Below, piece after piece: positions 1 to 11,052 of a stretch of 40,313 nucleotides of DNA. The stretch's first letter is position 1. Every line of letters starts with the position of its first letter. Origin of the DNA: a bacterium (GTDB taxonomy: Bacteria; SAR324; NAC60-12); the NCBI GenBank assembly GCA_965233585.1, contig CBDDTI010000164.1:1-40313 (forward strand). Reading direction: 5' to 3'. Below the pieces are notes generated by a model, which worked only from the letters and a program-made list of their open reading frames with translations, was not told the origin of the DNA and did no database searches. The translations under genes were made by a program, and so were the position numbers.

Positions 1-2
1 AT

Positions 3-1401
3 CTTGTTGGAAGTCCTGGGGAGAAAGTTTGTCTTGATTTTGTCGGTCCTCTTAAACCCACAAAGAAAGGACACACTTCCCTACTCACTGTGGTTGACGT
101 CTACACTAGATGGTTCACCGCCTGGCCGGTCAAGAACCAAAAAGCTGAAACTGTGATCAAATTCCTCGTCAGGGATTACTTTCCGGATCGTGGAGTTCCC
201 TCCGTGGTTCACTCCGATAACGGACCTGCCTTCATTGCGCATGTTTTTCAAGTGGCCATGGCAGCCTTTGACGTCCGAACGACCACTACTCCGGTTTATA
301 ATCCTAAAAGCAATACCGTCGAGCGTTTCCACCGAAGCATGAAACGCAAACTCACTGCTCTGATTCATGAGTTCGATGACGAATGGGATGAAGCTCTACC
401 TGCCACTCTTTTGGCAATGAGAACTTCGGTCAATAGAACCACTGGCTTTACCCCTTTCTACCTCGAACATGGTAGAGAAGCCAGACTACCCGTCGACATG
501 ATCGCCGGACCTCCTCCCATTCAGGCTGAACATCTCGATAAGTATACCGATAAGATTCGGAACCAATTCGCTAAAGCTTTTTCTGTCGTTGCTGAACGTC
601 AAAATTCCTACATAATGCGCCAAAAGGAGCTATATCGGGAAAGGCAACACAAGATCAATATCGATGACCTTGTTTGGCTCTTCACTGACCGAGCCAATCC
701 GAACCTCAACCGAAAATTCCAATCCTTTTGGTCTGGACCTTATAAAGTCATTAGGCAACTCTCCAACACTATCTTCGAGATCGAATCTTATGGAAGATGG
801 ACTAAAAACAAAGTCATCACTTCCGCTGCAGTCGACAGGCTCAAGAAATGTTACATCACTGACCCTGATACCAATCTTGGTGTTCCAGTAGAATTAACTG
901 CTACGGATGTCCGTCCGTACTTTGAAGATCAAGAACTACTGGGTAGGTTACCTGCGTCCGAATTTGCTCCACATGTTTTCGATAAGGAACAAGAACTTCC
1001 AATGACGTTGCCATCGCCTTCTCCAAGGGATGACGTCCCGATAGTCCCGTCAGTTCCTCCAACTGAGGTACAACCTATCGACCCTCCGGTTTCCGCACCG
1101 GTTACAATTCCGGAACCCACAACTACGGTTCCAACAACTATGGATCCGCTTCCGGAACCTCTTCCAGAAACTGTCATCACTCCGAAAACTGAACCCCAGG
1201 GGGTATCAGAACCTCGACGAGGTCGCGGACGACCTCCTGGCAGAGAAGAACAAACCAAAGTCTTGTCCTAACTGCACGCCAAGTGTCCCATGCGTCGATC
1301 ATTGCACACGGTGCAAAACCGGTTCCGCATGTGAACAGCACACTACAAGACAGAGATGTGCTAGATGTACTCGAACTCGTACATGCCCAGCTCACTCATA
1401 A
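3..1401 (+). CDS. pol: Pol C-terminus (integrase core, GPY/F, AT-hook, 3x Cys3His tail); +1 frameshift near 1245
   Basis: CLDFVGP, HSDNGP, VERFH, FWSGPYKV. Removing the extra G in GGC AGA G AAG restores KNKPKSCPNC...CPAHS* ending at 1401, matching element B. Confidence 0.9.
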
Positions 1402-1406
1402 ACGGA

Positions 1407-1442
1407 TATAAAAGGCCTCTCCTTGGATGACCTCTTTCAGTT
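1407..1442 (+). promoter_or_regulatory. Putative internal env promoter (TATA box + Inr), or splice acceptor
   Basis: TATAAAA at 1407 and TCAGTT with its A at 1439 (32 nt apart); same spacing in element B. Confidence 0.6.
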
Positions 1443-1463
1443 TATTTCCTACTTTCGTTTAAT

Positions 1464-4400
1464 ATGAAAGTACTACTACTCTGTTTATCCTTCTTCACTA
1501 TTGTCTTCAGTGAAGAAAAGCCATACTATATTCCTTCTGATTACTACGATCTTTGGACAGTCATTGGTCGTAATTCTTCCGGACAACTTTACTTTAATCC
1601 TACTTCGGATTCCAGACGTGTCTTCATTTGGAAACCCAACAATGGTTCGGTTCCTCCGTCGCTCATCTTCGAAAATCACCCGAAGATTCTGCAAAATAAT
1701 CTTCCGACAACTTCCTCAGGAATTTTTGAGGAAACTGTTTCGCCGAATATTCATAGCACTTCTTCATCAACTCCTGAGAAGATTGAGGAAACGCTTTCCA
1801 CCGCACGTTCTTCCGTACCACCTTCAATTAACCCTCCAACAACTTCGGCATTAGAACTTCCTCCGAAAAGGAAACCCAAGAACGTTACTACAAGACAAGC
1901 AGGTACGAATTTTTTGCAATTGCATGAAACTCTGAGACGTGCTAAGTTGGCAAGCAAGCTTAATCGGCAACCAAGTGCCCATAATCTTACCCTTCCTCAG
2001 ACCAGAAATGGTACTCATGAACTCCCTTCGCCTAGCACAGACAAAATTGTCTACGCTAAAGACGAAGTTAGCCTTACCAAAGAGAGTTCTCGTCTTTCTT
2101 ATCTTCGGAAAACGAAACGACGAGTCAAGCGGCAAATCTCTCCTGATGTTGCAACTGAGCTCAACCTCAACGATGCCCAGTTGAATAGCTTGCAGGCTCA
2201 AGTCAATCGAAGATTCCTTGTATGCTACGATTGCGCTAATCCTCAAGAGGTAAAACCTATAAGCTCTTTTATTAGAGATCCCTGCGAACCCATAGCGGAT
2301 GATCAACAAGACAATTATGAGATTGATGATGCTGCACAGTATCAAATTGTTCAATATGAAACCCGAAGGGAATTCAAAGGCACCCGGTGTGAACGTTTCA
2401 TCACGCAATTTACTTATTACTGTGGAAACGCTGACCATTCCAGTCCATATCCGCAGGAGACGTTTTACCATAAACCAAAAGCCCTTCATTGGGACCAATG
2501 CAAGGAACTTGCCACTTTAGGGCGTTACATCGCCGGTGACGACCAGACTTATGAAGTTGCGATTAACACCCGGACCGAAGTCCCGTACTTTGCCTTCGGA
2601 TCCGCCACCGCCTACACAGGGATCGCGGGAAATCAGATCACATGTTCCGGTCACACCATGATGATCGATGGCAAGGAAATCCACCATATGGTCATGTTTG
2701 TCATCGAAGAGATCCTCTACCGAGAAGAAAAATTTGTCACCAGTGACGACGAAGACACCGTTATCGCGCACTACGATAATGTGCGACTAACTTGCCCAAT
2801 TGAAGACCAAAGATGCATAGGCGGCGACGTCTCGTATGTCTGGCGTGTCCCTCTAAAGGAACATTGCCCATTGTACCATATCCGGACATTCAAAGGCCAA
2901 ATGGTTGAACATCAGATCAAAGCTCTTACTATCCAGAAGACCAAGATCGTCATGTCCAACGATCAAGCTCATGTGAGGTTTGTCATTAAAGGAGAAAAAG
3001 ACGAATGCGATCAAACTTTCCTAGCAACCAACTATCCGGATATCCTCATCCGGAAAACCATGGTCAATGGCGTCTTAGATGGTAATCTTGTCAAAAGAAC
3101 TCTACCCAAAGACGAGTTACAATTGAGCAACTTCATTACCAATCGAGACGATTACGTTTTTCATGCTATCAACAGAAAACTCAAACGAGAATTTTTCTCT
3201 GTGATCAGAGATGACTGTCGAGAAAATCTGCGAAAGATGAAGACTGAACATTTTCTGGAGAGACAACTTCCTGGCCTCCACACTTACCGACTCGGTGGCT
3301 CCAATTATCTCACTGCTGCTGGAGAAGTAGCATACTTCTACAAATGTCGACCTCGACTTGTAGCAGCCATACGTGCCGACACTTGCTACGACGCTCTTCC
3401 GGTCGAAATCGCCAGTGAGAATGTCACCTTAACTACCTACTTTCAGGCAGATGGACACGAGGCTACTGTACCCAAATTCTACATAGAACCTCTTACTCAC
3501 AGGCTAACATCTGTAGCCAAGAAGGTACCCTGTTTGTCCAAATTCTTTGCCCGGTATCAGGACATCTTTGGACAATGGTTTGCTGTTACTCCAAGCATCT
3601 CGCCAACAGAACCACCCGGTAAGCTGGATCTGGAAACCCTCCGGAAGAAGGTTAGCTTCAGTGACTCCTTGGATGTCGATCTTTCTCGTGGAGGAATCTA
3701 CGAACCCGAAGCTGTCGATGATCTCATCACTTGGCTTGAAGGAAATAGACGCCAAGAGGTTGTCATGCATCAGATCACCAACCAGGTTGGCAGTCTCAGC
3801 CCAGGTCAATACATCACCCCACGTTTGATGTTTCCACCACATACGTTGCCTGGAGGATCCTGGCACACATTCATATTGGGAAAGCTTTGGGGCGCTATTC
3901 GCGGATTGGGTGAGATCTTTTCCTCTATTTTTGGCCTCTTGATAGTTGGCCGACTTTTTTGGTATTTGATCAAAGTTCTTATGAACTGCAGTTATATCCA
4001 TAGCGTGCACGGTTGCTCAGCCCAGCTCGCTTGGTCTTTCTGTACCGAAGTCTTCTTTACTAGGCTATATAGGAAAGAACAACGATCAACTGCGGAAAGA
4101 TCCGACAATGATCCTAGCGACAAGCCGAATTCTCATGTACGAAATCGTATATTCAACTTCGGCAATATCTTTTCGCGGAACGTTGACGATAACAACAGAC
4201 CCGAAACTCCAAGCGTCGGAATTCCCATTCCGATGAATCCTCTTCGACGCAGTCACTCCATTTCTCATTTGAGGAAAGATACTGTTTCGACTTGCCCGAA
4301 TCGTTTGCAAGCTCAGCTCGATCGAGCTATTGCTGCTTTTCAACCTTGCCCTCCGGGAATGCCAAGGTCACCTTTCCCTCCAGATTATGTAAACGACCAA

Positions 4401-4658
4401 AGGGTCGGATCTCCGTTAGACGGAACTAGGACGACACCGTCCGCTCCGGTTGACACAAACGAAGTCGCCAGAGATGGCATCGAACCACCTCCGTTACCTG
4501 GACGAATCACTCCCGCAGCAAGAACCGTCCGAACTCCTAACCGATTCGCTTTTACTCCCATTCCTGATGCCGTACCAAATATACCTCCTGTTCCCGCTCG
4601 GGAACCGGTCATTAATAGGACGCCAAGTGGCGATCCGCCTCCTCTCCCTGGTCGATAA
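1464..4658 (+). CDS. env: Env-like glycoprotein, chuvirus-G/class III fusion-like
   Basis: Signal peptide, S/T/P-rich mucin-like region, furin-like KRRVKR, YDC...QIVQ...C...YYCG..DH, AAGEVAYFYKC...CYDALPV, TM segment, long Pro-rich tail. Confidence 0.8.
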   Translation: MKVLLLCLSFFTIVFSEEKPYYIPSDYYDLWTVIGRNSSGQLYFNPTSDSRRVFIWKPNNGSVPPSLIFENHPKILQNNLPTTSSGIFEETVSPNIHSTSSSTPEKIEETLSTARSSVPPSINPPTTSALELPPKRKPKNVTTRQAGTNFLQLHETLRRAKLASKLNRQPSAHNLTLPQTRNGTHELPSPSTDKIVYAKDEVSLTKESSRLSYLRKTKRRVKRQISPDVATELNLNDAQLNSLQAQVNRRFLVCYDCANPQEVKPISSFIRDPCEPIADDQQDNYEIDDAAQYQIVQYETRREFKGTRCERFITQFTYYCGNADHSSPYPQETFYHKPKALHWDQCKELATLGRYIAGDDQTYEVAINTRTEVPYFAFGSATAYTGIAGNQITCSGHTMMIDGKEIHHMVMFVIEEILYREEKFVTSDDEDTVIAHYDNVRLTCPIEDQRCIGGDVSYVWRVPLKEHCPLYHIRTFKGQMVEHQIKALTIQKTKIVMSNDQAHVRFVIKGEKDECDQTFLATNYPDILIRKTMVNGVLDGNLVKRTLPKDELQLSNFITNRDDYVFHAINRKLKREFFSVIRDDCRENLRKMKTEHFLERQLPGLHTYRLGGSNYLTAAGEVAYFYKCRPRLVAAIRADTCYDALPVEIASENVTLTTYFQADGHEATVPKFYIEPLTHRLTSVAKKVPCLSKFFARYQDIFGQWFAVTPSISPTEPPGKLDLETLRKKVSFSDSLDVDLSRGGIYEPEAVDDLITWLEGNRRQEVVMHQITNQVGSLSPGQYITPRLMFPPHTLPGGSWHTFILGKLWGAIRGLGEIFSSIFGLLIVGRLFWYLIKVLMNCSYIHSVHGCSAQLAWSFCTEVFFTRLYRKEQRSTAERSDNDPSDKPNSHVRNRIFNFGNIFSRNVDDNNRPETPSVGIPIPMNPLRRSHSISHLRKDTVSTCPNRLQAQLDRAIAAFQPCPPGMPRSPFPPDYVNDQRVGSPLDGTRTTPSAPVDTNEVARDGIEPPPLPGRITPAARTVRTPNRFAFTPIPDAVPNIPPVPAREPVINRTPSGDPPPLPGR

Positions 4659-5566
4659 CGACTCCAGGAGATCTATATAAATTACAAAGGATCAAAATTG
4701 ACCATAGTAATGATCGTAAAATAATAATAATCTTAATAATAACATCAACAATCGAAACCAATCATCAACAAGTCGAAGTTCTTTGAAGTCTGACGAACAC
4801 GATCCGCTCTGAGTCTACCTGTAATCAACATAGGCAAAGCCCGGACCTGATCACCCGGCAGATCCTTCATCCAGTTTCAACTTTTCAACGTGGAGAACAT
4901 TTCCCGTTTACATGATTTCTTTTCTTCACCATTGACTGACTTTTCAATGGCCCGTTACAAAAGAAAAACATTCACAAAGGGGAAATCAAGCCCTATCCTG
5001 GTTCAGCGCATGCACTGTGTTCCTTAACACTTCGTCAGCGTACGATATAGTTTCCCTCGAGAGTTAAAGTAGCATCATTCCAGTTTTCTGAAAATCAATG
5101 CACCACCCACGCTCAAGCAGACAAACTACAACGACTTCAAACGCGTACTTGCTTAGCATCTACAGCCTCTTCCTCAGTGACCCTCACGCCTCACTGCACC
5201 GAAAGCCGTTACGATGCGACGCGACGCACTTCGACAATTCACAAATACATCTTCCAAATTGTGCCTCACGCACAACACCCACAAGAATTCAGTTTCTTCA
5301 ACTCCCGTCACACGGCACGGTCATCCGTGTAATCCTGATAATGTCTATTGGGAAACCTCAATGGTAGAAGCTCCAACGTAGACATGGAATTCATCGTCTT
5401 TACGTCAACTTGAATCATTGAAGTCCCTGATTGCTCTTCGTAGATCTTACATACCCTTTCCCGACATTGGGTGTTTCAAGGCCCTTACTCTCCACTTTCG
5501 ACTCCCAGATTGTGATGGTTTGGAAATGGCATTTCAAGAATACATCTCCGAAGACTTCAAGACGTT

Positions 5567-5700
5567 CTAGACCAAGTCTCTGATCCGTCATCCTTGGCTA
5601 GACGCCTTCTCGAACTCCTAGACCAAGTCTCTGATCCGTCATCCTTGGCTAGGTGCCTTCCTCAATTCTAGGGCTGAGTCTCTGATTCGTCATCCTCGGC
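5567..5700 (+). repeat. ~51-bp tandem repeat (about 2.7 copies) in the 3' non-coding tract
   Basis: ctagaccaagtctctgatccgtcatccttggc at 5567 and 5618, degenerate copy at 5668. Confidence 0.9.
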
Positions 5701-6659
5701 CCGACCATTCGCCAGAAGTTACTGTCCAATTGAAGGATTTCAAGCAACACGAGAAATCGATCGAAGATTCCCATGGAAGTTCAGCATTCACAGTATCCGT
5801 TCCTATGAGTCCACATCTTCCTTCATTTTTTCTCTCAGTTCCAACCAGTCTCCGCTCTGGTTGCTCAGCTCCTTCAAACTTTTTCTGGTCTCTCAGGATT
5901 AGGTTGGCATTTACAGAGCAATGGTCCAATTGTCTTTCAAAGGTTTGAGAAGAGATTCAAGCGCCGAAGCCAAAATTACCATGTCCAGCTTCAAGCTTCG
6001 ACCAATTCATCATCCTCGTCTTCTTCGATGTTCTCGTACTCCTACTACTTGCATCCAATAGACCAAGCATTGAGCATTGAAGCATCCTGCCTTACACGCA
6101 TGAGGCCTTACCTTGAGTTTGAAACAGTCCTCCTCCCACTCCGGATGACGGACATCCCTACAATTCTTCAGGGGAAGGAATTCTAGTTGCTGTTAGCTTT
6201 GCTGTTGCTTCCTTTTCTGTTGCTGTCATCGGCTCTGTTGTAATCGCAAATAAGGTTCAAGAGATCAATCGAAGAACGCATACCAGTTCTTCTGCCAGCG
6301 CGAATTCTACAGTTCGCCAGAAGAACACATCTACTCCAAATATGACAACGTAACAAGCTAATGTCTACAAGGTATGGAAATCAGCATAGTGATGTCAAAT
6401 TTGCCTCCAAGACCATACGCTACTCAGGGCTCATGTGCTCCTGGACATCATTCAGAACATTTTCAACGCAAGCCAAGATCCGTCTGACTTGCCAGTTGGC
6501 TCAAGAAGATCATTTTGCAAAGGCGAAGAATCGTATTGCATAATGGGTATCCTATTACTAAGAAGAAATCATGTTAACTTATTGAGGAAGCCTCATATTA
6601 ATTATCTCAAAGCTAATTGTATGTCGTAAGCAACGTCCTTTATCTTCGGACAATTCCGC

Positions 6660-6692
6660 TTCTATTTCCTCAATTTTCTTCTTGGGGGTACA
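6660..6692 (+). other. U-rich tract plus short polypurine tract (GGGGG) before the 3' LTR
   Basis: ttctatttcctcaattttcttcttgggggtaca|TG, identical in element B. Confidence 0.65.
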
Positions 6693-7124
6693 TGAAGGGG
6701 CCAGGTTAATTACCTAAGTTTTATGTTCATAAACTTCCCCCTTCCTAAAAGTGAACTTTTCCTTCTTCTTTTTGTGCTTGCTAAAGCGACACCCAATTAA
6801 CCGCCATGAACCGGTCTGGTTAAAGTCAACTCCCAATTCTTGAGAACTGTTCATCTTCTCTCTTAATGGGGTCACCCATGTAAGAGCTACAACAAGTCCA
6901 CGCCTAGCTACGATGCTTTGTTGTCATATGATCTATACTGTATTTAACAAAAGCATAATGGATATATTTTGCCTCCCACTTTTGCGAGTCCCAACGAGAT
7001 TTCGCAAAACTTGTTTTACTTCGTAAAATGTGAAGTGAAATAAATTCAGATAAGATTTAGCATTCACTTGAGAAAGTCATACGTTATTTCTAGACTCAAC
7101 ATATAAATACCTCCCGACCTTTCA
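6693..7124 (+). repeat. 3' LTR of element A (432 bp)
   Basis: Starts TGAAGGG, ends CCTTTCA; homologous to both LTRs of element B. Confidence 0.92.
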
Positions 7125-8512
7125 ATATGCTTGAAATGTTGAGGTGCATTTCTCCAAAAATTGAAATATATAACTAAATACAGGATAATTGCTTATGACA
7201 ATATTAAATATAAATTTTACTCAATTATAAGAAAACCGAAAAAATCTTCAGCCATTAGCCAAATCAGTTATCGCCGTTCTTTGAACAATGTTCAAATGCA
7301 ATCTCGGTGCCAAAAATGGTTCACTTGTTACCCATGTAACCCTGTACAAAGCAAACATTTTTTTTTACCAAAATTATGAGTAAAAGCAAAATTTTCTCAG
7401 GTTTGTTCATTTGGCACAAAGGTATAGTTGTAAAGCGAAGATTAGTGGAGGCCAATGTCTCAAGTGGCACAAAATTGCCCTTTTTGTCTCATGATTTCAT
7501 TCGCCATCCCAGCAGCGACCTAAAGCTTCCATCTATTCTTGCCTCCTGTCATTTATGAATTTGTGTCCATTCCATCCCTATTTTTATTCTTTTATTATTC
7601 TTCATAAGAGAAAAAGACGGCAAGGAGAATCGATCTCCCAGGTTTTTCTTGTCACATTGGCACTTTTGTGGATGGTTAATATCGTCCAGCTTCAAATTTT
7701 TTGGTCAAGCTGCCTCTCTATCGAGTTTAGGGAATTGGTAGAGCTTGGATTTCATCCAGAGATCCTGAGTTCAAATACTTGCATATTTCTCAGAATATTT
7801 TTATTGCAATGTGCTTTGAAGATTTGTTTATGAATGATATTGCTATATTAATCAAGAAGGTGCCAATAAAAAATGACAAAAGGAAAATCTCGATCCTTAC
7901 AAATGTCTTTAAGACCGTGTTGCTCAACTACCTAGAGCACTTGATGCATGTAAAGCCCATTAAATTCCCCTCAATATTTTTAAATTAAGCAATCAAAATT
8001 TTATTTGTAATTTTAATATACTTTACTGGCATCTTTTAATTTTGTTGCTATTAAAGAATATTAAGCTTTCAAATTAGCCTTTTATGGTATGTAGTAGCTA
8101 TGACGTCATTAAAAAAGTTATGACATATTTGCGAAAATGTTTCAATAAATAAAGAAATATATCTTCTTTTGATGATTGTATTACATTCTGATTGGCCGAG
8201 GCCTCCAGAGAAAGGAAGGGGTGGGATCAATAATCACACTGAGACACTTCACCAATACTATTCTGAGGGGTTATGTACAAGTTCCCGTCCAGTTGTTTCT
8301 TCTTTGCAGCTATGGTCATTCTTCGGTTTAGTCAAAGTAAACAAACCTCCTCTATCTGATTCGTGCGTTGAAATTATTTAGGTATTTTTTTACATGCACG
8401 AACAAGGTTGGTGAATGAAGCAAGCACGTGGAGATTTCCATCCATGAAATTTTCAGCAATTTTCATCTTTTGCAAGACATCGTGGTCGAATGGATGAACC
8501 CTCTTCCTCTTA

Positions 8513-8921
8513 GAAAGGTCGGGAGGGTTTTATAACGAGGCTTAGAAATAACGGACGACTTTCGCAAGTGAATGCTAAATCTAATCTGAATTTATTTCAC
8601 TTCTTTTGATTACGAAGTAAAACGAGTTTTGTGGTCACGAGTTTTGTTCCCACAAAAGCATATCTTATTGATAAGTGAGCATGACAAACAAAGGCAACAA
8701 GTAAGGCGTCGTTGACTGGAGTTGAAAAGTGCTTAAGCGCGTGACACCAGAGTGAGGGGTGAGCGATTCTCGAGAATTGGAACTGACTCTTAACCAGACC
8801 GGTTCATGTCGGGTTAATTAGGTCGTCACTGTAGTTAAGCACAAAACGAGAAGGAAAACTTGCTTTTTAGAAGGGTGGATTTTATGAACATAAAATTTAA
8901 GTAATTAACCTGGACCCTTCA
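8513..8921 (-). repeat. 3' LTR of element B (terminal CA replaced by CT)
   Basis: Near-identical to 22534-22945 apart from a few small indels/substitutions. Confidence 0.95.
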
Positions 8922-8954
8922 TGTACCCCCAAGAAGAAAATTGAGGAAATAGAA
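8922..8954 (-). other. U-rich tract plus short PPT of element B
   Basis: 33-nt identity to 6660-6692, directly abutting the LTR. Confidence 0.65.
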
Positions 8955-10137
8955 ACGGAACGTCCAAGAGTGTTTGGACTTGAGGACGTTGCATATGAGC
9001 TTTGAGAAAAGCTATTGTTCGCATACCGAATTGTTTCTTCTTAAGGGCAAAATATTCAAAAATCAGGATACTCATTATGCACTTCTCAAGATCAATACGA
9101 TTCTTCGCAATGGTGTCTTGAGTCTTGAGGTCTTGAGGTGAACCAAGGCGTTATTTTAACAGTAAACTGAATCTGAGCGTGAATTTTCATCTTCTGATGA
9201 GTCGGACGGTTCCTAGCTTGTCTTGTGGAAGTTATGCTGAATGATGCCCAGGAGCACATGAGCCCTGAGTAGCGCGTGATTTCGGAGGCAAGTTTGACAT
9301 CATTGTTCTAACTTCGGACTTCTACGTTGTCATGTTTGGTGCTGATGAAGGATTCGGCAAATGTTGAATTCGCACTGGCAAGGGAGAACTCTAACTAAGT
9401 ACTCCAAGTGACTTAATGAGGACACCGGAGATGGTGGCTGGTTGATATTTGCAATGGCTTGAATCCTACGATTGATCTCTTGATCCTTATTTGCGGTTAC
9501 AACAGAGACGATTGGTGCAACAGAAAAGGAAGCAACAGCAATGGCAATAGCAACTACCGCTGAGGAAGGTACTAGTCTACGACTTTATACCCAATTGTGC
9601 GGAGAAGCTAGAACTTCTTTCCCTGAGGAATTTCAAGAGGCAGGGCCAGCGAGGCAAATTGCTTCAATGTTCAGTACTTGACCTATTGTGTGAGGCTTGG
9701 AAGGAATCAGAGACCAATGATTTGGACGATGATGAGGAATGGTCGAAACTTGAAGCTGGACATGGTAACTTTGACTTCGGGTGTTCGATAGCCTTATCCT
9801 CAAACCTTTGAAGGACTATTGGAACAGGACTGTGATTTTCGTGCTGACGTAGCTTTGGACGATGATGCATTTGGGTTTCTGGGCGGCCAGAAAACCATTT
9901 GTGAAAAGTTATGAAGGACTTGAGCCACAATACCGAGGATCCATGCTGGAATTGAGACAAAAAATGAAGGAAGATACCGACACGCAGGACCGACTTCAGT
10001 GGCCGTCGATCCCGATGGTCTAACAAGAATCTTCGCGGTTGCCAATCCAGAGGATGCAAGAAGATGTCGCGGCTTAGAATCCTTTAATTGGACAGTAATC
10101 TTCGGACAATTGCTGAGTCAGTGATGAGGAGCTATGA

Positions 10138-10222
10138 CCAAGGATGACGGGTCAGAGACTTGGTCAAGGAGCTTAAGTGAGACGTCTTGCCGAGGATGAC
10201 GGATCAGAGACTTGGTCAAGAA
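10138..10222 (-). repeat. ~52-bp tandem repeat (2 copies), homologous to 5567-5700
   Basis: aggatgacgg(g/a)tcagagacttggtcaag occurs twice. Confidence 0.85.
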
Positions 10223-11052
10223 CGTCTTGAAGTCCTGGGAGATGTATTCTTGAAATCTTTGGTGCCAAGCATATGGAGAACACCTAAGACGTCAGAACCC
10301 AAGGTTTGTTGAAGTGCAAAAGCTGTGAGTGGTCGAAGTTGTCTTCATGTCGAGGCTAAGTTGAGACTTTTCCTTCAATCATTGATGGTTACACGGAAGA
10401 CCGTTCCGTGTGACGGGAGTCAGAGGACTGAGTTCTTGTGAGGCACAATTTGGACGGTGTATTTGTGAGCGTCGAAGTTGCGTCGCGTCGCATCGTGAAG
10501 GCTTTCGGCGCAATTGGGTTTGTAGAGAACTGCTGAGGAAGAGGCTGTAGATGCTAAGCGAGTACGCGTTTGAAGTCGTTGTAGTTTGTCTACTTGAGCT
10601 TGGGTGGTGCTTTGAATTTCAGAAACTGGAATGGGGCCACTTGAACTCTCGAGGGAAACTATATTGTACGCTGACGAAGTGTTGAGAACACAGTGCAGGC
10701 GCTGAATCAGTATAGGGCTTATTTTCCCTTTGTAGATGTCTTCTTCGTTACTGGGTCATTGAAAAGTCAGTCAATGGTGAAGGAAAGAAATCATGTAAAC
10801 GGAAAATGTTCTCCACGTTGAAAGGTTGAAACTGAATGGAGGATCTGCCGGGAGATCAGGTCCGGGCTTTGCCTATGTTGATTCCAGGTAGACTCAGAGC
10901 GGATCGTGTTCGTCAGACTTCAAGTACTTCGATCATTGTTGATGATTGGCTTTTGATGTTGATATTATTATTATTATTATTTTACGATTAGGCTTTTATT
11001 ACAATAACCAATGTTGATTCGTTGTAATTTATATATAAGTCTCCTGGAGTCG

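Larger units (their letters stand above)
1..7124 (+). mobile_element. Ty3/Gypsy LTR retroelement A with env-like gene (5' part outside window)
   Basis: Integrase with DDE and GPY/F motif, env-like ORF, and a TG..CA LTR at 6693-7124; collinear with element B on the opposite strand. Confidence 0.93.

Noticed and set aside
4674..4682. TATATAAA after the env stop as a promoter for the 3' tract
   Set aside because: Present in both elements but with no consistent Inr downstream; AT-rich context
8378..8511. Minus-strand frame KRKRVHPFDHD... as the integrase continuation
   Set aside because: Stops after ~45 codons, has no DDE motif and no TSD
7125..8512. Short ORFs in the inter-element spacer as a host gene
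   Set aside because: AT-rich, short, no motifs or consistent exon structure
9664..10059. 131-aa ORF in the 3' tract of element B as an accessory gene
   Set aside because: No equivalent ORF in element A; non-ATG start
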